NCBI GenBank assembly: GCA_049322575.1
Contig: JBMORQ010000027.1
Location: 9,092 to 73,091 of the forward strand
Direction of reading: 5' to 3'
Length of the DNA stretch: 64,000 bases
From: Patescibacteria group bacterium
Lineage (GTDB): Bacteria; Patescibacteriota; Microgenomatia; UBA1400; PJMF01
The notes beneath the pieces are model-generated. The model worked only from the letters and a program-made list of their open reading frames with translations, was not told the DNA's origin and searched no databases. Positions 1 through 7,310 of this stretch are shown here, piece by piece (position 1 is the stretch's first letter; every line of letters starts with the position of its first letter). The translations under genes and the position numbers were made by a program.

Positions 1-3
1 ATC

Positions 4-414
4 TTGGTGGTTGGTAAACGTGAACTTGCCAATGGGGAAGTTGGTCTAATGGTTCGTCATTCCAAAGAAAAACTCTCACTTCAATTAGGTAAAGTGGTTG
101 AGCAAATGGCAGAAATTTTAGACAGAGTTCAATTAGAAATGTTCACAAAAGCCAAGGCCACTCAACAATCACTCGTCACCGAGGTTAATTCATATGATGA
201 ATTCAGAAAGGTGATGGAAGAGAAACGTGGCTTTATCAAAGCTCATTGGTGCGAACAGGCTGAATGCGAGGCTCAAATTAAAGAAGAAACAAAAGCATCG
301 ACCCGTTGTTTGCCTTTTATTGATAACCAAGGCCAGGTTGAAGAAAGCGATGGCAAATGTGTCAAATGTGGTGCTCCGTCTAAGCATCGTTGGTTATTTG
401 CTTTGGCATACTAA
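4..414 (+). CDS. proS: Prolyl-tRNA synthetase, C-terminal fragment. Archaeal/eukaryal-type ProRS zinc-binding C-terminal domain, truncated at the window start.
   Basis: The Cys-rich C-terminus (CEQAEC...CVKCG) ends in the conserved terminal Tyr (...LFALAY*) typical of archaeal-type ProRS. The ORF runs in-frame off the 5' edge of the window. Confidence 0.7.
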   Translation: MVVGKRELANGEVGLMVRHSKEKLSLQLGKVVEQMAEILDRVQLEMFTKAKATQQSLVTEVNSYDEFRKVMEEKRGFIKAHWCEQAECEAQIKEETKASTRCLPFIDNQGQVEESDGKCVKCGAPSKHRWLFALAY

Positions 415-435
415 ATTGAAGCAGCAACTGCTCAA

Positions 436-772
436 ATGCGTAAAGATTACAAAAATCTGGTTTTTACTGACCATGCCCTAGACAGGCTTACTTTGCGTCG
501 CCTTTCTAAAGAGCAAATCCATCAGGTAGTTAGTTCCTATCAAAAAAAAAATTAGACAAGACAACAATACCTTCAAGTTTATTAAAAACATATCAGGCCG
601 GAAAATCCACGTCATCGCCTCATGGTTAAAGAATGAAGGAAAATGGCTAGTTGTTTCTATTTGGGTAAGGGGGGAAGACGATCCTCAACCATTGATTTGG
701 CAGTTATTGACTCTACCGTTTAGGATTTTATGGTTCATCATTAAACACCTCATTTTTCTCATGAGGAAATAA
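436..772 (+). pseudogene. DUF4258-family (toxin-like) gene interrupted by a frameshift at a poly(A)10 tract.
   Basis: ORF 436..555 encodes MRKDYKNLVFTDHALDRLTLRRLSKEQIHQVVSSYQKKN*, which matches the DUF4258 N-terminal pattern (FTxHAxxRLxxRxIs). It stops right after A10 (542-551). The -1 frame then continues ...RKIHVIASWLKNEGKWLVVSIWVRGEDDP..., which looks like the DUF4258 C-terminal beta-strand region, to a stop at 770-772. A G6 tract lies at 669-674. Confidence 0.45.
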
Positions 773-1125
773 TTTTTTGTACGTATTAGTTACTTAATTG
801 CGGAAATTGCAAGAAATAATTAGACCTATATTGAAAATTTCAGTTAATCAACACGCAGATTATTACCCTCAGCATCAATCCTTTTTGGCTATGGGTTTTT
901 TCTGAGTCTTTTCGTATATTACTCATACATCCCGGTGAGGAGCCCACGGCGATCATCCTGGAAAAGCAATTTTTCATGGTTATCGCGGTGGGTATTTTTT
1001 TTTGGCAAAAACAACTCAAACACCGGAAACAAACCAATTGTAAAGTGCTTTTAACAAAAAGCAATTAAAAAAACCTCCGCTGATTGGAGTCTTCCCTCTG
1101 AACCCCTCAGAAAATTTTTTTCCGT

Positions 1126-1131
1126 TATAAT
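1126..1131 (+). promoter_or_regulatory. -10 box (TATAAT) 8 nt upstream of the ATG of the DHH gene. A leaderless transcript is predicted.
   Basis: cgTTATAATgagctccaATG, with no Shine-Dalgarno sequence. The same arrangement recurs at several other genes in the window. Confidence 0.4.
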
Positions 1132-1139
1132 GAGCTCCA

Positions 1140-2030
1140 ATGACAATACAACGCCCTTTAATCGTCACTCATCACGCTCCAGATTTGGACGCAATCACCT
1201 CCACTTGGTTGCTCAAGCGCTTCCATGGCCAAGATTTCGCCGATGCCAAGATTGCCTTCGTTAACCCAGGAGACAAGATCGAGCTTGAAGAAGCCGAAAA
1301 ACACCAGGCACAACTCCATGAGGTGGTCTATGTCGATACCGGCTTAGGTAAATTTGATCATCATCAACCAGAAAGAGCCAAACAAAATGTCTGTGCCACA
1401 ACTCTGGTTTTTGACTATCTTTGCCAGCTATATCCTGACTATGCTAATGATCAAGCACTCAAAGAACTAGTCGACTATGTAAATCAGATTGATCACTTTC
1501 AAGAAATTTCTTGGCCTGAATCGCAATCTGCGCGTTTCACCCTGACCATCAGCGAGCTAATTAGGGGACATGAATTCACCAACCCGCACGATGATGATTC
1601 TCAAATGAACTTTGGTTTTCAATGTTTGGATAATGCTTATGCTTCCCTGCGTCAACATGTCAAAGCCAAAGAGATCATTAAGAAAAAGGGCATAGAGTTT
1701 GAGTTGCCTGCCGGCAAATGTTTGGCGATCAAAACGAGAAATGACGATACCATCAAGTTGGCTCAAAAGCAGGGCTATGTATTGGTGATTCGCAAAGATC
1801 CAACCCAGGGCCATGTGCGAATCAAGGCCAGGCCCGACTCAGCAATCGATCTCTCGATTCTAGCACCCAAGATCATGTCTAAAGATAAAGTTGGCACCTG
1901 GTTCCTCCACGGTAGTGGCAAAATGCTGCTCAACAACTCAAAAAAACACCGAGGCCACACACCAAGCCCGCTAAAACTTGAACAAGTGGTAGAAATAATC
2001 AAGGAAACTTATGGAGAATCATCCAGCTAA
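1140..2030 (+). CDS. DHH-family phosphoesterase (NrnA-like nanoRNase / pAp phosphatase family).
   Basis: Motif I is HHAPDLDAITS (HxxPDxDxxxS). The DHH motif is GKFDHHQPE. The C-terminal DHHA1-like region contains HGSGK. Confidence 0.75.
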   Translation: MTIQRPLIVTHHAPDLDAITSTWLLKRFHGQDFADAKIAFVNPGDKIELEEAEKHQAQLHEVVYVDTGLGKFDHHQPERAKQNVCATTLVFDYLCQLYPDYANDQALKELVDYVNQIDHFQEISWPESQSARFTLTISELIRGHEFTNPHDDDSQMNFGFQCLDNAYASLRQHVKAKEIIKKKGIEFELPAGKCLAIKTRNDDTIKLAQKQGYVLVIRKDPTQGHVRIKARPDSAIDLSILAPKIMSKDKVGTWFLHGSGKMLLNNSKKHRGHTPSPLKLEQVVEIIKETYGESSS

Positions 2031-2511
2031 CGCAGTCCGAGATTGTATCTTTTGCAAAATTGTTGCGGGTGAAGTACCATCTCATAAAATTTGGCAAGAC
2101 GAAAAACATTTAGCCTTCTTGTCGATATTTCCTAATACACCAGGATTTACCGTTGTCATCCCCAAAGAACATTATAGTAGTTACGCCTTTGAACAAGATG
2201 ATAAAGTGCTCGCAGACTTAGTTTTGGCGACTAAAAAAGTTGCTAACATTTTGACCAGTTTTTTTGACGACACCAATCGCTGCGGCATGTTTTTTGAAGG
2301 TTTTGGCGTTGACCACTTGCACAGCAAACTCTTTCCCATGCACGGCATTGGCAAGGGCAAAGAGTGGAGGATGATGGAAAGTGGCTCGTTTAGACAATAT
2401 TTTGACAAATATCCTGGATATTTGTGTTCCAACGACTCAGAACGGGCTGATGATGATGAGTTGGCAGAGTTGGCAAGGAAAATTCGTCAAAAATCGAACC
2501 CTAATTTATAA
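2011..2511 (+). CDS. HIT-family (histidine triad-like) nucleotide hydrolase/transferase.
   Basis: N-terminus CIFCKIVAGEVPSHKIWQDEKHLAFLSIFPNTPGFTVVIPKEH is typical of HIT proteins. The His-triad region (VDHLHSKLF) is non-canonical. The gene overlaps the previous gene by 20 nt. Confidence 0.6.
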   Translation: MENHPANAVRDCIFCKIVAGEVPSHKIWQDEKHLAFLSIFPNTPGFTVVIPKEHYSSYAFEQDDKVLADLVLATKKVANILTSFFDDTNRCGMFFEGFGVDHLHSKLFPMHGIGKGKEWRMMESGSFRQYFDKYPGYLCSNDSERADDDELAELARKIRQKSNPNL

Positions 2512-2553
2512 CGATTTTTTTCAAAAAATATCGCAACATTTTTCCCAGAAAAT

Positions 2554-2563
2554 TTGATATAAT
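2554..2563 (+). promoter_or_regulatory. Extended -10 promoter element TTGATATAAT upstream of rpsU.
   Basis: TGnTATAAT consensus. An identical 10-mer occurs upstream of murE (12857-12866), ORF 27694 (27638-27647) and the 7TM gene (61881-61890). Confidence 0.45.
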
Positions 2564-2602
2564 CCAGATCATATTTAAGCAGGCAAATCGCCGACCGAGA
2601 TT

Positions 2603-2607
2603 GGAGG
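2603..2607 (+). promoter_or_regulatory. Shine-Dalgarno sequence (GGAGG) for rpsU, 9 nt before the TTG start.
   Basis: ttGGAGGtgttctccttTTG. This is one of the few clear SD sites in the window. Confidence 0.5.
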
Positions 2608-2616
2608 TGTTCTCCT

Positions 2617-2868
2617 TTGCCAGTCATAGTTAAAGCTAAGAAAAATCAAAGCACCAACGATGTTATCCGACAGTTCCGTAAACAAACGGCTACAGCTGAT
2701 ATTGTTCAAATTGTCAAAGATCGACGCTACTTTAAAAAACCATCTCAGGTTCGCGCTGAAAAAACTATCGAAATGAACCGCTTGCGCAAACGCGCCCGTT
2801 CCCTAAAGAGAATGAAGAATATTTCTCCCCAAGTTTTATCTCGCATCAACGAGAGATTGGGAAGTTAA
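2617..2868 (+). CDS. rpsU: 30S ribosomal protein S21.
   Basis: 83 aa and highly basic. MPVIVKAKKNQSTNDVIRQFRK...YFKKPSQVRAEK...RLRKRARSLKR matches the S21 pattern. TTG start with SD. Confidence 0.85.
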   Translation: MPVIVKAKKNQSTNDVIRQFRKQTATADIVQIVKDRRYFKKPSQVRAEKTIEMNRLRKRARSLKRMKNISPQVLSRINERLGS

Positions 2869-2894
2869 TTTTTCAACTTCGATTACAACAAAGA

Positions 2895-2925
2895 AAAACC
2901 CCGCGTAACAGCGGGGTTTTTGGTT
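2895..2925. terminator. Rho-independent terminator, bidirectional, between the convergent rpsU and ORF 2985..3527.
   Basis: A-run, stem ccccgc (2899-2904) / gcgggg (2911-2916), loop gtaaca, then a T-run (2917-2921). Confidence 0.7.
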
Positions 2926-2984
2926 TCTTTTATTTTTTGCTTTGGGTTGAACGATTTTGGTTTTAAGTTGGTCTCTAATCAAGG

Positions 2985-3527
2985 TTATTTTCTTGGCTTT
3001 ATTTTCGCCCTAATCGAAAACTCCCATTGATCGCCATCACTGGTATCAAAGCTGGTGGAGTTAGTTAAGCTATGGTAGTTCACCAAGTGGTTACTCAGAG
3101 TCTCTTCTATTTCTTTTTTCTGTTCGTTGATTTCTGCAATTTGCACTTTTAAATTAACAATTTGTGGATTGGATTGCATTTGTGAGCGACGCTCTTTGAC
3201 GGTGGCAGAGAATTGATCCAACTGAGTTTGAGCCTCAGCAAGCTGGGCGTCATTCTCAAAAACGCTTTTCAAGCTACTGCGCTTTTCTGCTATTTCCCTA
3301 TTTAATTTGGTTAGCTCCTCGGCGTGTTTTTCGATCAGGTTTTGCAGTGAGCCCAAAGTTTCAGCCAATTTGTCAGACTCAGCAACTTCCACATCATTGC
3401 TGGAGTCAACTTTTTCCGATTCTGCGGAAGTCGCATCGCCCATAACCTCGGCGGCCAACTCGTCCCCGCTTGGCAAGTCATCATTAGTTGCGACTGTGGT
3501 GGTTTTCATTTTTGCGTCATCACTCAT
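2985..3527 (-). CDS. Hypothetical acidic coiled-coil protein.
   Basis: 180-aa ORF. The N-terminus is acidic and low-complexity. The central region (LAETLGSLQNLIEKHAEELTKLNREIAEKRSSL...QLAEAQTQLDQF) has heptad-like periodicity. No recognisable catalytic motif. Confidence 0.55.
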   Translation of the reverse strand: MSDDAKMKTTTVATNDDLPSGDELAAEVMGDATSAESEKVDSSNDVEVAESDKLAETLGSLQNLIEKHAEELTKLNREIAEKRSSLKSVFENDAQLAEAQTQLDQFSATVKERRSQMQSNPQIVNLKVQIAEINEQKKEIEETLSNHLVNYHSLTNSTSFDTSDGDQWEFSIRAKIKPRK

Positions 3528-3638
3528 TTTGTCCTTTCATACTTCGATAAGTCGGTCCCAATGTAACGTATTTGTCAGGGAAACTCAAGGATCGACACAA
3601 AACCAAGGCTAAAAAAATTATGAGATTGTCTTAAAGTG

Positions 3639-3644
3639 TATAAT
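3639..3644 (+). promoter_or_regulatory. -10 box (TATAAT) placed to start rnpB transcription at or near the mature 5' end.
   Basis: gtgTATAATggcttgtgcgcaacc. The TATAAT is 4-6 nt before the P1 helix. Confidence 0.4.
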
Positions 3645-3648
3645 GGCT

Positions 3649-3971
3649 TGTGCGCAACCGGGTAATGGCTTTTGGTAGTGGCCTGCCACCATTCAAAAGA
3701 GGAAAGTCCGGACAGCAGAGCGAACGGTGCCTCGCGAAAGCGGGGGGTTCTCGTAAGAGAAGACAGTCTAGAGCAACAGAAACGATCCGAGTGGCGTCGG
3801 CTGAAACGACTAAGCGTCTGAGTATCTCGCAAGAGATGGCAATCCTCCCGGCTGCAACTGGCGATCTTGACCTTAATGGACTCGCTCCCTTTTCTCGCAA
3901 GAGGAGGTCATAATGACCAGGCATAGATAAATCATTGCTTAAACAGAATCCGGCTTATGAGTTGCGCACAA
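3649..3971 (+). ncRNA. rnpB: RNase P RNA (bacterial type, compact, about 322 nt).
   Basis: P1 helix tgtgcgcaac (3649-3658) pairs with gttgcgcaca (3961-3970). It contains the universal AGGAAAGUCCGGAC motif (P4 5' strand) and ACAGAAuCCGGCUUAU (P4 3' strand). It is a GC-rich island in an AT-rich genome. All overlapping ORFs (3575..3832, 3631..3924, 3650..3913) are spurious. Confidence 0.85.
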
Positions 3972-3983
3972 ATCTCTAACCGA

Positions 3984-3989
3984 TATAAT
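3984..3989 (+). promoter_or_regulatory. -10 box (TATAAT) 8 nt upstream of the ATG at 3998. A leaderless transcript is predicted.
   Basis: cgaTATAATgtctttatATG. Confidence 0.4.
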
Positions 3990-3997
3990 GTCTTTAT

Positions 3998-4684
3998 ATG
4001 CAATCACAAGTTTTTGACTCAGTTTCGTATGTTCTTGCCCAAACCATAGCTAACTTTGCCTATTTTCTCCCAAGAATCACCGGGGCTTTACTTGCTTTGG
4101 TCATAGGTATAGTAGTTGCAAAAATTATTAGACGGTTGTTGACCCAATTGCTCGACAGCATTAGCTTTTCCAAATTTATCAATAAAACACCTTTGCAATT
4201 TGCCTTCAACAACGAAGTTGGTAAAAAAGCTGAGGAAGTCCTGGCAGGGATTGTATATTGGCTGGTGATGCTGGTAGTTATTCAAACTACAGTCTCGATC
4301 TTGGGTATCACTGCCCTCTCTAGTGTTCTAGAAAAACTGTTGGCTTACATCCCCAGGGTCTTGTCAGCTGCATTAATATTTGCATTAGGAGTCTTGCTGG
4401 CAGGGTGGGTGGAGAGTGCTGTTAAAAGTATCGCCCGCACCTTTGACGCATCAACAGCCCGCCTCTTGGGAAAATTCTCCAGCTATATGGTTGTGATTAT
4501 CGTCGCCCTGGCTTCCTTGGCTGAGCTAGGTATTGCCAGCAACTTTATCAACATGATTTTCTTTGGCCTGATTGCTGCTGTTTCCTTGGCTGGTGGCCTT
4601 GCCATCGGTTTGGGTAGCAAAGATCTAGTCAGCCAACTTTTATCAGACTGGTACAAAAGAAACAAGAAGGCCGGCAAAAAATAG
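3998..4684 (+). CDS. Integral membrane protein with repeated conserved TM-helix units (MscS-associated TM-helix-repeat-like). Function unknown.
   Basis: 228 aa with multiple hydrophobic helices (e.g. ITGALLALVIGIVVAKIIRRLL and LSAALIFALGVLLAGWVESAVKSI). Basic C-terminus. Confidence 0.6.
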   Translation: MQSQVFDSVSYVLAQTIANFAYFLPRITGALLALVIGIVVAKIIRRLLTQLLDSISFSKFINKTPLQFAFNNEVGKKAEEVLAGIVYWLVMLVVIQTTVSILGITALSSVLEKLLAYIPRVLSAALIFALGVLLAGWVESAVKSIARTFDASTARLLGKFSSYMVVIIVALASLAELGIASNFINMIFFGLIAAVSLAGGLAIGLGSKDLVSQLLSDWYKRNKKAGKK

Positions 4685-4687
4685 TCT

Positions 4688-5449
4688 ATGACCGGTTTCC
4701 AAGCAATCATTCTAGGGTTGGTGCAAGGTCTAACCGAATTTCTACCTGTTTCCAGTTCGGGGCACCTAGTGATTTTCCAAAATCTGTTTGGCATCGATGA
4801 GCCCACCATTACCTTTGATATTTTTCTGCACTTATCCACACTTGCAGCAATTTTGGTGTTTCTGCGCAAACGCATCATTAAGATACGATTCGAGACACTT
4901 TTTCTGGTTGCTGTCGGCACTGTTCCAGCAATTATCCTAGGTCTACTACTCAACGATTATCTCGAGCTACTTTTCAGTTCAAGCAAGCTGGTTGGAATCA
5001 CTCTGCTGGTTACAGCTGCGATTAACTTTGCCTCAGATAAATTACTTAATCGAGAAGGACAAAAAAGGGAAATAGATGAACTTAGCTGGAAAAATGCATT
5101 GGTAATAGGCACTTTCCAAGCCTTAGCAATCACGCCGGGAATCTCTCGATCGGGCTCGACTCTCTTGGGCGGCCTGTGGCAGAAACTTAAGAAAGAGGAC
5201 GCTTTCGAGTTTTCGTTCCTGTTAGCGATTCCAGCAATTCTTGGCGCCACACTACTACAAATTATTAAAATAATCACTGACAACAACATTGATATTGATC
5301 CTACTAATTTTTTTCTGGGCGGTATTACGGCTTTTTTAAGTGGACTCGCCAGCCTAATAGTCTTCAGAATTATCATAGCCAAAGCTAAACTTGATGTTTT
5401 TGCAATTTATTGTTTGATCGTAGGCGCACTCACACTCATCTTTCTTTAA
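4688..5449 (+). CDS. uppP: Undecaprenyl-diphosphatase (UppP/BacA).
   Basis: Signature GLVQGLTEFLPVSSSGHLVI and downstream RSGSTL motif. Eight-TM profile. Starts 4 nt after the upstream gene. Confidence 0.9.
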   Translation: MTGFQAIILGLVQGLTEFLPVSSSGHLVIFQNLFGIDEPTITFDIFLHLSTLAAILVFLRKRIIKIRFETLFLVAVGTVPAIILGLLLNDYLELLFSSSKLVGITLLVTAAINFASDKLLNREGQKREIDELSWKNALVIGTFQALAITPGISRSGSTLLGGLWQKLKKEDAFEFSFLLAIPAILGATLLQIIKIITDNNIDIDPTNFFLGGITAFLSGLASLIVFRIIIAKAKLDVFAIYCLIVGALTLIFL

Positions 5450-5469
5450 ATTTTGACCAAGACTTTGAT

Positions 5470-7020
5470 TTAGTCAGAGATGGGCGATTGTACGTACTGA
5501 AGTGCTTCTGCCACCTGTTGGTAATGTACATTTGTTTGACAATCCAAATCGGCAATCGTCCGGGAAATTGCGAGAACCCTGGTGGATTGTTTGGTATTCA
5601 GCGCTAACTTAACGGCAGCGTTTCGTAATAACTTTTCTGCCTCATGAGTGACTTTGAATTCTCTTATTAGTTGGGATGAGCTAAAAAGTCCCTCAGTATT
5701 CGAGATCGCCGACCAAAGACTACGCCGCCTCAAGTAGGCCCGAGCAATGTTCTCCCGGTCCAAATAACTGCCTGTTTGAGCTTGTCCCTGACTACAAGAC
5801 GGCCCTGCCAACTTACCAGCTGCCTCTAAAAACGGAGAGTGCGCTGTTAGTTCACCGAACATTTCAATCCGCTCTTCGAAAAGTGTCTGAAGTTTTCGCT
5901 GATGAATCATCCTTTGATTCTTAGAGCAGCTACAGACCTCTGATGTCTGATGACTTTTACCGCAAGGACATATTTTTGCCGAAACGATTATTTGATAATT
6001 CGCTTCAAAAACTCTAGCTTGGTCATTATTTGAGAATCGAGAAGGACAACTATGGCTCCAAATTCTATCAATTGTTTTTTTGGCAAACTCAGAGCCGTTC
6101 TCTAAATAGAGCAAACCATGATGTGCCAAAGAGGCAATAGGCACCGAGCCATAGCCAGACTTTCTACCGAATATCTCTGAACAAGTCGTCTCCGGACCAA
6201 TCTTGACTACCGGCCTCCCAGAGTAGGAATTTTTTTCTCTGGCTAAGAATTGTCGATCTGATCCCTGATCATCCAGAGAAACATACTCCTGCTCTAAGGT
6301 GGGTAGGATCGAAATAGCAATTTTGGCTAAAACATACTTCAATATCTCGTCCTGTCCAAATACCAGCAGAGAAAAACCGCCTACAGCGGCAATCGTGAAA
6401 AGCCGCTTGCTTCTTTCCTCGCCAGCGATGTCTCCAAACGTCATTTGTCTGACATTCCTAACACCGACAGAAGGAGTTTGAGATTTGCTCACAGACTCAC
6501 TCAACCGATCGGAGATTTTTGGTTCCTGCCTAAGCAACTCACTAACATGTCTAATTGGGTGAAGATTGACATATCTTACCAATCCAAGTGAGGAGAAGTC
6601 ATCAGCGGCTATATAAATTCTTTTATAACCCTTGTTTAAAAGACTCAATACTATACTCCGACAATTCTTGATGGACCTAACACTCCCGTCCAACGATAAC
6701 TCACCCAAAAAAACGCAATTTGACATTTGCCAACTACACAACCCATTAATCCTCAGTAAGCTTGCCGCAATGGCCAGCTCCAGATGACTAGACACTTTTG
6801 GCACGTCCATGGGCGCCAGATTAATAATCGTCTTGCGTTGTTTGATCTTGATGGCGCAGTTTTTAAACGCGGCCACGATCTTGGTGATTGACTCGTTGAC
6901 AATCCTGCTCGGTAAACCCACCACCTGGATTAATGGAATACCTGACACCTGCGTAACCTCTACTTGAATGATGATTGGTTGGGAATTACTGAAAATTACT
7001 GAAAATGTTTTAGCTATCAT
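5470..7020 (-). CDS. YifB/ComM-family Mg-chelatase-like AAA+ protein with degenerate Walker A and Walker B motifs.
   Basis: N-terminal Lon-protease-like domain (IINLAPMDVPKVSSHLELAIAASLL). The AAA+ core aligns to ComM, but the P-loop GPPGTGKT is replaced by FGQDEILKY. Walker B GVLFLDELPEF is replaced by GLLYLENGSEF. The Zn ribbon (ICPCGKS...CSCS) is retained. Confidence 0.75.
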   Translation of the reverse strand: MIAKTFSVIFSNSQPIIIQVEVTQVSGIPLIQVVGLPSRIVNESITKIVAAFKNCAIKIKQRKTIINLAPMDVPKVSSHLELAIAASLLRINGLCSWQMSNCVFLGELSLDGSVRSIKNCRSIVLSLLNKGYKRIYIAADDFSSLGLVRYVNLHPIRHVSELLRQEPKISDRLSESVSKSQTPSVGVRNVRQMTFGDIAGEERSKRLFTIAAVGGFSLLVFGQDEILKYVLAKIAISILPTLEQEYVSLDDQGSDRQFLAREKNSYSGRPVVKIGPETTCSEIFGRKSGYGSVPIASLAHHGLLYLENGSEFAKKTIDRIWSHSCPSRFSNNDQARVFEANYQIIVSAKICPCGKSHQTSEVCSCSKNQRMIHQRKLQTLFEERIEMFGELTAHSPFLEAAGKLAGPSCSQGQAQTGSYLDRENIARAYLRRRSLWSAISNTEGLFSSSQLIREFKVTHEAEKLLRNAAVKLALNTKQSTRVLAISRTIADLDCQTNVHYQQVAEALQYVQSPISD

Positions 7021-7310
7021 GCTTTGATCTTAACAATCAATCCTTACAAAAAGCGTAACTTTTCTGAAATTGAAAACGCAAACATCCCCAACTCCAACCA
7101 CCCCTGCCCTTACAGTATTTGCACGCTTAGAAGGTCAAAAACCACTCAGCTTGCCTAACCAAGCTAACTAAACCAAACAGCTCTGTCAGATAACTACCAG
7201 ATTTGTTTTTTCACGAGAAAATTTCTCTTGCGGTAATTCATTTTTTCCTAACTCAAGCACAACAAAAAACTCCTCAGGCACTATTACCGCAAACACATGC
7301 TCTGAAAAAA

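Noticed and set aside
900-1000. GC-richer patch (catcccggtgaggagcccacggcgatcatcctgg) in the long proS-DHH intergenic region, considered as a small ncRNA (SRP/6S/tmRNA).
   Set aside because: No conserved SRP domain IV, tmRNA tag/acceptor or 6S bubble features could be recognised. It is left unannotated. The ORF 840..1064 (-) across it has no motifs.
2011-2511. Canonical histidine triad HxHxHxx in the HIT-like protein.
   Set aside because: Only VDHLHSKL is present (two His), so enzymatic class and activity are not asserted. It is kept as HIT-like at reduced confidence.
3575-3924. Three overlapping ORFs (3575..3832 -, 3631..3924 -, 3650..3913 +) in a GC-rich patch.
   Set aside because: The region is the RNase P RNA gene (universal GGAAAGUCCGG / ACAGAAUCCGGCUUA motifs, P1 pairing). 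The ORFs are artefacts of the stop-poor structured RNA sequence.
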